A DNA stretch of 64,000 nucleotides from a bacterium (GCA_009924895.1 RFQR01000003.1:1066-65065), one strand, 5' to 3'; positions 47,313-57,535 are shown, counted from the first letter of the stretch. Numbers and translations: made by a program. The notes: a model not told the origin generated them from the sequence alone.

Positions 47313-48529
47313 ACCAGACAGTGCTTCGGATTGTTTCCCTTGGTGTCATGGTACTCTGCGTACTCTCACTCGCTCTGTGGTATACCGCCCTCTCGCGACA
47401 AAAAGCGACCATCACAACCCGTGATACTGCGCGGGGGTATAAAGCGGAAGAGCCGGTACCACCCATATCCCTCCTTGGCAGTACCTTCGAAAATATCTCG
47501 GCAGAAGTGGGAGCCTCGAGAGCAAGCTCCTCAGTAAAGACCCGGTCATCCCGTATTTATCGAGTAAGTCAGGCGCCTGTTGCAGGTATGGGATTCAAAA
47601 AAACAAATGAGGGGGTGCGTCTCCTTTTTGTTGAACGAGCGACCGGCCATATATTCTCAGAAAATCCTGAGACGGGTTCGATTGAGCGTATAAGTAATAT
47701 GCTTATACCTCGTATGTACGAAGCTTTGTGGAACACGAATGGCTTAGTTGCGCTTCGAGGGCTTGATGAAAATCTCGCTATCACCACCTTTGTTGCTTCA
47801 CCGGAGCGCAGTACCTCAAGTGCGAGCGTACTTACGGGGCAATTTTTGCCACCAAATATCGACTCATTTGTGTGGTCGCCATCAGGAAACGATTTTGCCT
47901 ATTCACTCCTCACTGATGCCGGCACCGCAATCTATCGCGGCGCCCCCGACAAGAAACCCTCTCTTATAGCAAGTTCGGGTGTGCGGGACTGGGGGCTTTT
48001 GTGGAGCGATCGTATTCTCGCACTTCAACGACCTGCAGCGAACACAAACGGCGCACTCTACTCACTCGGCGCGGGGGTATGGGAAAAACTGCTTGAAGCA
48101 CCGGCGCTCTCGATAACAGCGGAAACAGACGGGCTCGTTATAGCAAGCAGTGTCGTGGGCGGCTCTCCGTCAGCAACAATCTCATCTTCAAGCGCCGTAT
48201 CACGGCGCGCCACACTGCCTACGGTAGCAGACAAATGTGCATGGGGGTCGCTGCCAAAAACCACTGGTCGTGAAGAAAGAATTGCATACTGTGCTGTCCC
48301 CGAGTACGTATCTCGTGAATTTCCTGATTCCTGGTACCGCGGTTCAGAGCATACAACTGATACATGGTGGTCTATTGATGCCGTAACCGGCGATTCAAAA
48401 AAAATGCTGACTGACTCAGAGCTGCCGTCGTTTGATGTCATGCGGCCTCTTGTAAGTAGTGATGGTCGGTATCTTGCCTTTATGAATGCGCGTGATTTAT
48501 CGCTTTGGGTGGTAAAATTAAGCGATTAA
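47309..48529 (+). CDS. Membrane-anchored beta-propeller-like protein
   Basis: N-terminal TM; FVERATGHI, WSPSG, DKCAW, YCAVP, WYRG, SSDGRYL. Confidence 0.7.
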   Translation: MNQTVLRIVSLGVMVLCVLSLALWYTALSRQKATITTRDTARGYKAEEPVPPISLLGSTFENISAEVGASRASSSVKTRSSRIYRVSQAPVAGMGFKKTNEGVRLLFVERATGHIFSENPETGSIERISNMLIPRMYEALWNTNGLVALRGLDENLAITTFVASPERSTSSASVLTGQFLPPNIDSFVWSPSGNDFAYSLLTDAGTAIYRGAPDKKPSLIASSGVRDWGLLWSDRILALQRPAANTNGALYSLGAGVWEKLLEAPALSITAETDGLVIASSVVGGSPSATISSSSAVSRRATLPTVADKCAWGSLPKTTGREERIAYCAVPEYVSREFPDSWYRGSEHTTDTWWSIDAVTGDSKKMLTDSELPSFDVMRPLVSSDGRYLAFMNARDLSLWVVKLSD

Positions 48530-48531
48530 GT

Positions 48532-48897
48532 ATGTACCCGCCACCAAACCCTCTGGGAGTACAAGCGGTAAACAATGCAACCGACTTCATAGGAAAGTCT
48601 TTCGATTTTGGTAGCGGCTCAATTCCCGATATTCTTCAGGCATTTTTCTATATGGCGCTCTCAGTCGGCGCGATTCTCGCAGTGATTCGCATTTCGTGGG
48701 CGGGATATCTCTATGTCACGGGGGACATAAAGCCTGAGAACAAATCAAAAGCAAAAGAGGTACTTCAAGATGCAATACTAGGACTTATTATCTTGCTTTC
48801 GGTATGGGCGGTACTCAACACTATAAATCCCGACATCTTAAATAAAGATCCGTTTCGGAGCCTCAAAAGCATGAGCTCGGGTACCGCAGCGCCGTAA
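48532..48897 (+). CDS. TrbC/VirB2-like pilin
   Basis: GAILAVIRISWAGYLYVTG...KAKEVLQDAILGLIILLSVWAVLNTINP. Confidence 0.75.
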   Translation: MYPPPNPLGVQAVNNATDFIGKSFDFGSGSIPDILQAFFYMALSVGAILAVIRISWAGYLYVTGDIKPENKSKAKEVLQDAILGLIILLSVWAVLNTINPDILNKDPFRSLKSMSSGTAAP

Positions 48898-48902
48898 AGA
48901 TG

Positions 48903-49361
48903 TTAGATGATATATTTGATAACGACTCGTCGATCGCGCCCTTCACCGCGCGATTCTGTTTTAATACCGGGTACGCCTTGCAGGGTGGAGTGAATGATGA
49001 GTCGCTCATATGCCGTCATAGGACTGAGTTCCACATCATATTTAAAGGCCTTCGCTCGCTCTGCCATCATGCGAGCCTTATCCTGGAGTTCTTTGATAAG
49101 CTCCGCACGATATCCCGCCACATCAATAAGCGCCATGCGCTCCTCTGAGACGCTCCCAAGAGGGGACTGCGCTTCGGCTATTTTCTTTACTACGTGATCA
49201 AGGGCGCGAATAGACTCGCCACGCTGTGCTTTCCAGGGAGTTGCGTCCTCAACGTCTATAGTAACAATGGCTTGCCCTGCGATTTCTCCGGTAGTGATGC
49301 CTTTATGGGTTACGCCAAGTGACTGAAGGAGGTCCGAAATAATAGGTGTCAAATCTTTCAT
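48903..49361 (-). CDS. jag: Jag/EloR-like KH-R3H RNA-binding protein
   Basis: DVAGYR, PMTAYERLIIH (R3H), TESRGEG; downstream of yidC. Confidence 0.88.
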   Translation of the reverse strand: MKDLTPIISDLLQSLGVTHKGITTGEIAGQAIVTIDVEDATPWKAQRGESIRALDHVVKKIAEAQSPLGSVSEERMALIDVAGYRAELIKELQDKARMMAERAKAFKYDVELSPMTAYERLIIHSTLQGVPGIKTESRGEGRDRRVVIKYII

Positions 49362-50092
49362 CGCCTCTGTATATCAGAAAATCGTCTCCCCGACAAATAC
49401 TCCTGAGCGATCATAAAACAATTTCCGGTTAACCAGTAGAGAGGAGCGGCGGCGGCAACATAGTACGAAAAGACCCCGAAGAGTACGGGAAGGGCGTAGC
49501 GCGCCTGGAGATCAAAGCTTGCTGCCATATCCTCGGAAAACGATGATTTTTCGATGATCTGTTTTGTGCGCGGACCCATAGCGAGCCGGGTATAGAGCGC
49601 TTGGGAGAGTGCGACCAAGACTGCAAGCACCATGCTCTTGCCGCCCAAATCGATAACTCCGAGAAACTGCATATGAATTGACTCCGGGGCGTGTACAAAC
49701 GAGTAGAGAAGGGTAGTGTCAACCGTGGGGAGGCCTGCGAGTGCAAAAATCCAATAGAGCGCGAGCAAAATGGGGATCTGGATGAGAAGGAGGAGGAGTC
49801 CCGAAAACGGATTAACTCCTTTCTCACGATAGAGCTTAAAAATGGCTTCGTTCTGGGCTTTTAAGTCATCTTTAAACTTCTTTTTTACTTCCTCAATTGC
49901 GGGTGCCACCTCTTTCATTTTTTGTTGCGAGGCAATCGCCCGTTTTGAAAGAGGGTAGAGCACCAGGCGCACAACAATAGTAAGTGCAATAATCGCAAAA
50001 CCCATGTCGTGAAAGGGCATCCAGTCTACGATGCCGATGAGGGCGTTGTAGAGCGGAACATACACGCCGACATGGAATGCATGGGAAATCAT
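49358..50092 (-). CDS. yidC: Membrane protein insertase YidC/Oxa1
   Basis: GFAIIALTIVVRLVLYPL, GVNPFSG, IQIPI, LYW; synteny. Confidence 0.92.
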   Translation of the reverse strand: MISHAFHVGVYVPLYNALIGIVDWMPFHDMGFAIIALTIVVRLVLYPLSKRAIASQQKMKEVAPAIEEVKKKFKDDLKAQNEAIFKLYREKGVNPFSGLLLLLIQIPILLALYWIFALAGLPTVDTTLLYSFVHAPESIHMQFLGVIDLGGKSMVLAVLVALSQALYTRLAMGPRTKQIIEKSSFSEDMAASFDLQARYALPVLFGVFSYYVAAAAPLYWLTGNCFMIAQEYLSGRRFSDIQRR

Positions 50093-50111
50093 GGCTGTAA
50101 GTGTCGCATAT

Positions 50112-50432
50112 TTAGGGCATTGAGGCTATTCCAAAGGCCTTCTGAAGTGCGGCATGAAGATTGGCTGTACACTCTTCAAACGTGCGCGGGTGCGTACGAA
50201 TGTGAACAACGAGAAGAGTTCGCGCGGGGAGCGGTGTCTTGCGCAACGCCTCCCGATACCAGCGCTTCAGGCGGTTACGCGCAACGGCGCTGCGAGCGAC
50301 CTTTTTGGAGACAACACACGTATACCGCGTCTGCAAACTGGGAGCAATGAGAAGAAGAAGTGCTGGGGTAGAGGAGCGCTGAAATACCGAGACGGGTATC
50401 TGCGCGATTACTTCCCGGGAAACCCGAGTCAT
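50112..50432 (-). CDS. rnpA: Ribonuclease P protein component
   Basis: VSKKVARSAVARNRLKR motif; between rpmH and yidC. Confidence 0.88.
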   Translation of the reverse strand: MTRVSREVIAQIPVSVFQRSSTPALLLLIAPSLQTRYTCVVSKKVARSAVARNRLKRWYREALRKTPLPARTLLVVHIRTHPRTFEECTANLHAALQKAFGIASMP

Positions 50433-50435
50433 GGG

Positions 50436-50570
50436 CTAAGCTGAGAGGCGTGTGCGTCCTTTGCGACGACGACGCACAAGCATCTTACGTCCTCCAACCG
50501 TTTTGAGTCGTGCTCGAAAACCATGCGTACGTGCACGCTTGCGTTTTTTAGGTTGGTATCTGCGTTTCAT
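50436..50570 (-). CDS. rpmH: 50S ribosomal protein L34 (not in ORF track)
   Basis: Hand translation [44 protein letters not shown]. Confidence 0.95.
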   Translation of the reverse strand: MKRRYQPKKRKRARTHGFRARLKTVGGRKMLVRRRRKGRTRLSA

Positions 50571-50627
50571 GGGAAAGAGTATAGACTAAAAGCGTCAAAA
50601 CTTCAATGGTTGGGGTGTGAATTGAGG

Positions 50628-50698
50628 CTATCCACATCTTATCCCCATAAAAAATGTGTTTGTCTCCGCCTCGCTTTGAAACCTTACCTGCGTATAAT
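50628..50698 (+). promoter_or_regulatory. dnaA promoter with DnaA boxes
   Basis: CTATCCACA 50628, TTATCCCCA 50639, TTGAAA...TATAAT (50693-50698). Confidence 0.65.
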
Positions 50699-50708
50699 GC
50701 ACTCTACT

Positions 50709-52061
50709 ATGCAAGAAATGAGTAATCGCGAGCTCTGGCAGAATGCACTTGTTCAGATTGAGCTCGGCACCTCGCCTGCAAGCTTTCACACTTGGTTCCG
50801 TTCGACCGACATCACCCATCGCGACTCAGGCACCGTACAAGTCGCTGTTCCCTCGAAGATCGTTAAAGAATGGTTATCGCAAAAACACCACAAAACGATT
50901 CTTGGCGCACTACGAAACCTCGACAGCTCAATCCGCACTGTGGAATATGTAGTGCATCGGGTATTACCAAAAGAGGAGCGTCGCAAAAAGGCACAGCCAC
51001 CAACAAACGCCTCCCTCGATCTCCAGGCACTCTATATCGACAAACGCGACAACCTAAACCCTCGATACACCTTCGAAACCTTTATCGTGGGTCCTTTTAA
51101 TGAGCTCGCACACGCTGCGTCAAAAGCAGTCGTAGAGCGGCCCGGGCTTTCGTATAATCCGCTCTTTATTTATGGCTCGACCGGACACGGAAAAACGCAT
51201 CTTATCCAAGCAATTGGCAATCACTTCAAAAAAACACATGCGAACAAGAAGGTGTTTTATGTCACTTCTGAGCGCTTTGCTGTCGATTACATCAACTCAG
51301 TTCGTGCGGGACGCGCAAACGCCTTTAAAGACCAGTATCGCCAGTATGACGTCCTTATCATGGACGACGTCCAGTTCATCGCAAACACTGAAAAGACTCA
51401 GGAGGAGCTTTTCCACCTTTTTAACGCGCTGCGCGACAGCAACAAGCAAATTATTTTTTCATCAGATAAACACCCTGCGCTTCTTCCTGGATTTGAAGAT
51501 CGTATAAAGGGCCGCTTTAGCGCAGGCCTTATCGCTGAAATCCCTGAGCCTGATGTTGAATCTCGTATTGCCATCATACGCGCAAAGCTCGACCAGCACG
51601 GTTTTTCTCTCGGAGAAGACATTATTCAGCACCTTGCAGAGAACGTGCGCGGCAACATTCGCGAACTCGAAGGCATTCTCAATATGATTGTCTGCAAATC
51701 ACAACTCAAAGGCCGCCCCGTCACCATTCTCGATGTTCGCTCGTTAGTAAAGCACAACGTCAAACCGAGTCGGGGAATTTCGATTGAAGAAGTGATTCGC
51801 CGCGTGTCGCAGTACTACGAAGTGCCTGAGAAAAATATTCTCGAAAAAACACGTAAGAAAGAAGTAGTGAAGCCACGACAGGTGATTATGTATCTTTTGC
51901 GTGAAGAGTTTAATGTTTCTTTTCCAACGATTGGGGAAAAGCTGGGAGGACGCGATCACACAACCGTTATTCACTCATGCGAAAAAATCAAGACCGACCT
52001 CAAAAATTCACCGGCGCTTGAACAAGAACTGGATCATGTTCGTTCACTTCTTCACTCGTGA
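50709..52061 (+). CDS. dnaA: Chromosomal replication initiator DnaA
   Basis: LNPRYTFETF, YNPLFIYGSTGHGKTHL, DDVQF, NIRELEG, GGRDHTTVIH. Confidence 0.98.
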   Translation: MQEMSNRELWQNALVQIELGTSPASFHTWFRSTDITHRDSGTVQVAVPSKIVKEWLSQKHHKTILGALRNLDSSIRTVEYVVHRVLPKEERRKKAQPPTNASLDLQALYIDKRDNLNPRYTFETFIVGPFNELAHAASKAVVERPGLSYNPLFIYGSTGHGKTHLIQAIGNHFKKTHANKKVFYVTSERFAVDYINSVRAGRANAFKDQYRQYDVLIMDDVQFIANTEKTQEELFHLFNALRDSNKQIIFSSDKHPALLPGFEDRIKGRFSAGLIAEIPEPDVESRIAIIRAKLDQHGFSLGEDIIQHLAENVRGNIRELEGILNMIVCKSQLKGRPVTILDVRSLVKHNVKPSRGISIEEVIRRVSQYYEVPEKNILEKTRKKEVVKPRQVIMYLLREEFNVSFPTIGEKLGGRDHTTVIHSCEKIKTDLKNSPALEQELDHVRSLLHS

Positions 52062-52271
52062 ACAGCATGTGAACAGTACTGAAAAACAGTATGAACAACC
52101 ACTGCATATGCACTACCAAGTATCTCCATGCACCTCAACTACTCTCATAATCCACACATCTCACCGCGATTATTCCAAAACTATTCACAGAAAAAAATTC
52201 TCGGAACATCATATCTTGTTTGATAAAAAACACTTATTCACAGTACTAACAGCACTAATAGTAATAGTAAT
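52062..52271 (+). other. Probable oriC unwinding region
   Basis: DnaA-box-like TAATCCACA 52148, CTATTCACA 52181, TTATTCACA 52234, then trio-like repeat CTAATAGTAATAGTAAT; located between dnaA and dnaN. Confidence 0.75.
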
Positions 52272-53363
52272 ATGAATTTTATAACTACAAGAGAATACCT
52301 TCTCCGAACAATTGCACTCACTGAGCGTGTGGTTGGAAAAAAAGAATCACTCCCGGTTCTCTCATGTTTTTCAATAACAATAGAAAATGAATGCGTTGTG
52401 CGAGCAACGAATCTTGAGTCAGGAGTCCAAGTGGTAGTACCGGGCGAGATAAAAGAAAAAGGGGTTATTGCAGTTCCCGCCGCACTTTTTAGCTCAGTAG
52501 TCCGTTCGCTCTCCTCTGACCCTATAACACTTCGTAGCGAAGGAGATAATCTTCTTGTGGAAGCTAAAGGAAGTAAAACCCTGGTAAAGTGTGTTCCTCA
52601 TGAAGAATTTCCCGTGTTTTCAATGGCACAAGGAGAAACTGAAGTGTTGCCCCGTGTCGAACTTATCAAAGCGATACAATCGGTACTGTACGCGGCCTCG
52701 CCGTCAATGATACGCCCCGAGCTGGGAAGCGTTCTGGTGCGCTGTGACGAGGGAGAGCTTATCTCCGCAGCAACCGACTCATTTCGTTTAGCTGAGAAGA
52801 GAATACGCGGCCTCACAGGTGGTTCTATTGAACTCCTTATTCCACTCAAGCATGCACAAGAGCTGCTGCACATCCTTGAGAAAATATCAGGTGATACGCT
52901 CTCGATTGCAATCTCGGACTCTCAGTTGGTGGTGAAGGTTGAAGCGGTTATCTTTTTTTCTCGCATTACCGAAGGTTCGTTTCCTCAGTATACGGAGGTT
53001 ATTCCAAAGCAGTTTTCTACCGAGGCGATAGTTCTTAAGAGTGACCTATCTGACACACTCAAAAAGGCACGACTCTTCTCGGGTACTGACCACCATATCG
53101 GTTTTCATCTCTACCCGAAGCGAAAGATTTTTTCTGCAACGGCGCAGAGTCCGAATGTAGGGGAAATGTCAGAGGTCCTCGAAGGATCAATAACCGGTGA
53201 GGATCTTGATATTAACTTTCACTTAGGCTACCTCGGTGACTGTCTCGCAAGCATTCCGTCGGACAGTGTTACCTTGCAATTTGCAGGCGTCGGGCGGCCA
53301 CTCGTTATGCGCGGAGTTTCCGATACGACTTTTACGTACCTGGTAATGCCACTCAATCGATAG
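52272..53363 (+). CDS. dnaN: DNA polymerase III beta sliding clamp
   Basis: LPVLS, ATNLE, RPEL, ATDSFRLAE, GSFPQY, YLVMP. Confidence 0.95.
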   Translation: MNFITTREYLLRTIALTERVVGKKESLPVLSCFSITIENECVVRATNLESGVQVVVPGEIKEKGVIAVPAALFSSVVRSLSSDPITLRSEGDNLLVEAKGSKTLVKCVPHEEFPVFSMAQGETEVLPRVELIKAIQSVLYAASPSMIRPELGSVLVRCDEGELISAATDSFRLAEKRIRGLTGGSIELLIPLKHAQELLHILEKISGDTLSIAISDSQLVVKVEAVIFFSRITEGSFPQYTEVIPKQFSTEAIVLKSDLSDTLKKARLFSGTDHHIGFHLYPKRKIFSATAQSPNVGEMSEVLEGSITGEDLDINFHLGYLGDCLASIPSDSVTLQFAGVGRPLVMRGVSDTTFTYLVMPLNR

Positions 53364-53364
53364 G

Positions 53365-55803
53365 TTATTGGATACTAAAGACGACGGTATCCTCTTCAGC
53401 GCCAAAGTTACTTTCTGCAACAGCGCGCACGGTTGCTTGCCCTGTTGCGTTTGGCATGTAGGAAAGTGAGAACGGTTCGCGGTTTGATGCGCCCAAAAAT
53501 GTACCGTTGATATAAAAAGCAACGCGAGTCACCGTTTCCGGGTTTGGGTGGCGTACCTGCACGGTGAGTAACTGTCCTCGACTCACCGCAGTGCCGTTTT
53601 GCGGGAACGCAATTTTGAAATGAGGTTTTGCTGAAACAGGTGGTGGCACATTGGTCTGTGCACCAGGAATTGCGATGGGGTTTTCGCTTGCCCACAGTGC
53701 GACAGGATAGTCCCAACGGGCAAACTGCTCTTCACGCCACGATGCGCCCATACTTCCCGCACGAGGATTGCTTGCATCTACCCAGTAGAGAATCTCGTGC
53801 ACGCCTTTGCTTGGGTCGGTATTCCAGTTGCCGCGCAAGACCGGTGGTAATTGCGCAACGTCAGGATCGGGTGATGGCGGAGCAAAATCAGTCGGCGGAT
53901 ATTTCTTCATTGCAAACTCAAAAAACTCGTGCCACATCGGAGCGATAATAAAGGCGGCGATTTTTTTCACCATCGGAATGTTGTTGTTATTCCCTGCCCA
54001 TGCACCCACCGCAAGTTCCGGCGTGTACCCAATAATCCATACGTCGCGGTAGTCGTTCGTGGTTCCGGTTTTGGCCGCGACGTGCAGTCCCGGAAAATAG
54101 AGCGGCGAGGTGGCTCCAAATTCTGGCGTGCGCGCCTCGTTGTCGGCAAGAACATCACTAATTTGTCGCGCGACCTCGGTATTAATGACGCGAGTTGGAT
54201 CGGGTTTGTACTCTTCAAGAGTAGAGCCCGAGCGATCTTTTACCGATATGATTGGCGTTACAGGATTTTTGATACCTTCATTTGCAAAAACGCTGTAAGC
54301 ACCCACCATATCAAGCAGCGTTACCTCGCCACCACCTAAAACCAGCGTGAGGCCGTATCGAGAGGCGTTGGTAAGCGTCGTAATGCCCATAGTGCTTGCC
54401 ATAGTGAGTGAGTCTTTGATGCCCGCGAGGAAAAGCGTTTTGACGGCAGGAATGTTTTTTGATTGTGCGAGCGCGTCGCGCATGGACATGGGCCCCGCCC
54501 ATTTTCCGTCATAGTTTTCTGGGCTATAGCACGGAGGTTCGTCGGAGAAATCGTTCGGAGCGCATAGTGATGAAAACTGCGTCTTCAAGTCAAAGAGCAT
54601 GGTGTCGGGAGTATATCCCTTTTCAAATGCCGTCGCGTACACAAAGGGTTTAAATGCAGACCCAGGCTGTCGGTATGCAGTTGCGATATTAAATTTTCCG
54701 TCAATACCGTCATCAAAGTACCCGCGAGAACCAACCATGGTGAGAATCTGTCCCGTTTTTGGATTAACTGCGACGAGGCCCGCGTTCTCAGCGTTAAAAT
54801 TCTTCTCATTTTGAAGCGCATTGCGACGCACTACCTCTTCTGCCTCTTTTTGCAAATCATAATCGATTGTTGTGATGACCTGGAGACCGCCGTTTGACAC
54901 GGCATCAGCGCCATATTTGGTTTCAAGATATTCCCGTACAAAAAATACAAAGTGTGGAGCCTTAATGCCCGAGTCAGACTCCTCATTAAAGGTGACTTTT
55001 TCAGCAAGCGCTTTCTCGTACTCGGCGCCGGTGAGAGATCCGAGTTCGCGCATGCGAGAAAGTACAAGATTTTTTCGCTTTTCAAGTTCGTCACGGTGTG
55101 ATCCGTAGGGGGAGTAACGAGTAGGCGCTTGTGGCAAGGCGGCAAGGTATGCGGACTGTGCGACGGAGAGGTCTTTTGCGGCGATGCCAAAAAAGTATTG
55201 GCTCGCCTCTTCTATACCGTAGATAGTACCGCCATACGGAATTTCGTTGAGATACGTTTCTAAAATCTGGTCCTTTGTATACGTTCGTTCAAGCTTAAGC
55301 GCGAGAATAATCTCTTTGATTTTGCGGGTTATGTTTTTATCTTGCGTAAGGAGCGTGTTCTTTACTACCTGCTGCGTAATCGTTGAGCCACCCTGGGTGT
55401 ACCCTCCTGTTGTAAGGTTGACCCATACGGCCCGCAAAAATGCGAGGGGCCGCACCCCCGCATGTTCGTAAAATGTGGCATCCTCTATCGCAATTGAAGC
55501 GTGTTTTGCACTCTCTGCAATTTCAGAGAGGGGAACTGCAGTACGTCGCATGGTGCCGTGCACGTCGTATAAAAGAACCGTTCCCGTGCGGTCATAAATC
55601 TTGGTCGATTCGGCAACGCGGCGATTTTGGAAGTTATCTATTGACGGAATTGAAATAAACAGTGCCCACGCAGCGGTGATGCCGGCAAAGAACACTATCG
55701 AAGCGCCAATACCAAGAAAGAGCGAGCGAATAATGTGGCGGGGGCCGCGGCGAATGTGTCGCGCCACGTGGTGTTTCCCCTGATTAAAAAAATGACGAAC
55801 CAT
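53365..55803 (-). CDS. Class A penicillin-binding protein (PBP1A family) with C-terminal Ig-like domain
   Basis: IEDATFYEH, GGSTITQQ, RKIKE, QPGSAFKP, SKN, KTGT. Confidence 0.93.
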   Translation of the reverse strand: MVRHFFNQGKHHVARHIRRGPRHIIRSLFLGIGASIVFFAGITAAWALFISIPSIDNFQNRRVAESTKIYDRTGTVLLYDVHGTMRRTAVPLSEIAESAKHASIAIEDATFYEHAGVRPLAFLRAVWVNLTTGGYTQGGSTITQQVVKNTLLTQDKNITRKIKEIILALKLERTYTKDQILETYLNEIPYGGTIYGIEEASQYFFGIAAKDLSVAQSAYLAALPQAPTRYSPYGSHRDELEKRKNLVLSRMRELGSLTGAEYEKALAEKVTFNEESDSGIKAPHFVFFVREYLETKYGADAVSNGGLQVITTIDYDLQKEAEEVVRRNALQNEKNFNAENAGLVAVNPKTGQILTMVGSRGYFDDGIDGKFNIATAYRQPGSAFKPFVYATAFEKGYTPDTMLFDLKTQFSSLCAPNDFSDEPPCYSPENYDGKWAGPMSMRDALAQSKNIPAVKTLFLAGIKDSLTMASTMGITTLTNASRYGLTLVLGGGEVTLLDMVGAYSVFANEGIKNPVTPIISVKDRSGSTLEEYKPDPTRVINTEVARQISDVLADNEARTPEFGATSPLYFPGLHVAAKTGTTNDYRDVWIIGYTPELAVGAWAGNNNNIPMVKKIAAFIIAPMWHEFFEFAMKKYPPTDFAPPSPDPDVAQLPPVLRGNWNTDPSKGVHEILYWVDASNPRAGSMGASWREEQFARWDYPVALWASENPIAIPGAQTNVPPPVSAKPHFKIAFPQNGTAVSRGQLLTVQVRHPNPETVTRVAFYINGTFLGASNREPFSLSYMPNATGQATVRAVAESNFGAEEDTVVFSIQ

Positions 55804-55851
55804 GGTGTAGAAAACAGGTGGATTGTAACGCTTTTCCAGTGTTTTTTCCAC

Positions 55852-56322
55852 TTACCGCACGGATGCCAAGTGGGTAACAGCAATACCAATTGCGTCGTAT
55901 TCGTCATCAAGTAGTACTTTTTTGTCGATTTTCAAAAGCGCGTGGAGAAGCCGGGAGACCGCGGTTTTGTCAGAGCCACCCCATCCGGTTACAGCAGCCT
56001 TTACCTGCATCGGAGTGTATTCGTAAATAGGAAGCCCTGCCTCATGGGCAACATAGATAAGTGCGCCGCGCACCTCGGCGACGTTCATTGCGGTCTTTTG
56101 GTTGTTGCTCACGAAAAGTTTCTCAAGCGCGATTGTGTCGGGTTTAAATTCGGTGATAAGCCGTGAGCATTCGTTCGCAACGCCCGCAAGACGGGCATAG
56201 AAATCTAATTTTGAGGATGTTTCAACGCACATTGAATTGATCCACTTCTCTTTGCCATTAACACGATCGACAACCGCAAATCCACATCGGCCAAACCCGG
56301 GGTCTATCGCAAGAACGCGCAT
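55852..56322 (-). CDS. ruvC: Holliday junction resolvase RuvC
   Basis: LAIDPG, EKLF, VAEVRG, YTPMQVK, DDEYDAIGIA. Confidence 0.94.
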   Translation of the reverse strand: MRVLAIDPGFGRCGFAVVDRVNGKEKWINSMCVETSSKLDFYARLAGVANECSRLITEFKPDTIALEKLFVSNNQKTAMNVAEVRGALIYVAHEAGLPIYEYTPMQVKAAVTGWGGSDKTAVSRLLHALLKIDKKVLLDDEYDAIGIAVTHLASVR

Positions 56323-56377
56323 GACAATAAGTATCAAGCATCAACAGGCAAGCATCAAGGAACTAATCCCTGACCTA

Positions 56378-56698
56378 TCAAAAACACACATGGACTTTTT
56401 GAAGAAGCTTTTGCAGGGCATTGCTTGTGAGCGAGTCGATAGTTTTTCCCATCGTTACTTTTTCTGCACTAAACATATTTTGAAGACTGATGTGCGACTC
56501 TTTTATCATTTTTTGTCGCGTGAGCTCACTGTTGAGTAGGGGCAATGAGTTCATTGTTTTTTTTCCATACACACCAAGGAGAATCACGTTTTTGTGATGA
56601 TTGTAGCGATTATTTGAAATGACGACTGCGGGCCTGAGTTTTTTCTCAGATAGATCAGAAAAAGGAAATGCTACGGTGATAATATCGCCCTGCTTCAT
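56378..56698 (-). CDS. PemK/MazF family toxin
   Basis: QGDIITVAFPFSD...KLRPAVVISN. Confidence 0.88.
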   Translation of the reverse strand: MKQGDIITVAFPFSDLSEKKLRPAVVISNNRYNHHKNVILLGVYGKKTMNSLPLLNSELTRQKMIKESHISLQNMFSAEKVTMGKTIDSLTSNALQKLLQKVHVCF

Positions 56699-56931
56699 GA
56701 AAAATCAAAAAGACTATCGTGTATGGGGTCAGACCAGTCTCGCATGGTGGCGTCAAGAAGTTGCGCATGTTCTCTGTCAGCGCTTTGTGTGAGAGGCTGA
56801 ATGAGAACCACGCCGTTTTGTTCGGTAAATTGCACCGCTCGTGCGCCCGCAAATGCCGGAGAGCGCCGAATTGACTGGGGGAGAGTCACTTGCCCTCGCT
56901 CAGTGACTTTGCTTATTAGTACATTATTCAT
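56695..56931 (-). CDS. AbrB/MazE family antitoxin
   Basis: SKVTERGQVTLPQSIR; ATGA overlap with toxin. Confidence 0.85.
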   Translation of the reverse strand: MNNVLISKVTERGQVTLPQSIRRSPAFAGARAVQFTEQNGVVLIQPLTQSADREHAQLLDATMRDWSDPIHDSLFDFS

Positions 56932-56963
56932 ATATTCATATAATATGAATATATGAATAATGT
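56921..56963. promoter_or_regulatory. Operator palindrome over the TA promoter and start codon
   Basis: ACATTATTCATATATTCATA-TAA-TATGAATATATGAATAATGT perfect 20-bp inverted repeat next to TTGACA (minus strand). Confidence 0.75.
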
Positions 56964-57004
56964 CAATCAAGACATTTCCTCACGACTACCGTCGTCGCTT
57001 CTCC

Positions 57005-57535
57005 TCACCCTGCATTCGTGTACACCTCTTCCACATCGTCGTGCTCATCTATTTTTTCAAGAATGCCCATAAGGGTTGCATCGTCCTCGTCTGAGAGTTC
57101 GATTGTGGTTTGGGGTACCCAGCCTTCGCGAGTTTTTTCAAACGCCCAGGTCGCAGAGCCGGGCGAGGCAAGAGAGAGCCCTTGTTCAGAGAGGAGGTGC
57201 TTTATTTCTTGTGCGGTGCGTTTGTGGTTGTCGGTCAACGTTTCAATAACGATGGCGCATCCGCCAGGGCCATAGGTTTCATACGTGATTGCTTCGAGTG
57301 AAGCAGTATCGTGCGCAGCACCCTTTGCGACAGCGCGTTCGATACTATCTTTCGGCATGTTTGACTCCTTTGCCTTTTCAATTGCAGTGCGTAAACCAAC
57401 TGCATTCATATCCCCCTGCGCAAGTCGCGTCTCGACTGCGATACGTTTCCCTAGTTTGCCAAAGAGCTTGCTGCGCGCGGCATCATTTGCACCTTTTTGT
57501 CGCTTAATTTGTGCCCATTTTGAATGACCTGCCAT
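57005..57535 (-). CDS. yebC: YebC/PmpR family protein (short form)
   Basis: MAGHSKWAQIK, NMPKDSIERA, YETYGPGG, LTDN, DDVEEVYTN. Confidence 0.93.
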   Translation of the reverse strand: MAGHSKWAQIKRQKGANDAARSKLFGKLGKRIAVETRLAQGDMNAVGLRTAIEKAKESNMPKDSIERAVAKGAAHDTASLEAITYETYGPGGCAIVIETLTDNHKRTAQEIKHLLSEQGLSLASPGSATWAFEKTREGWVPQTTIELSDEDDATLMGILEKIDEHDDVEEVYTNAG

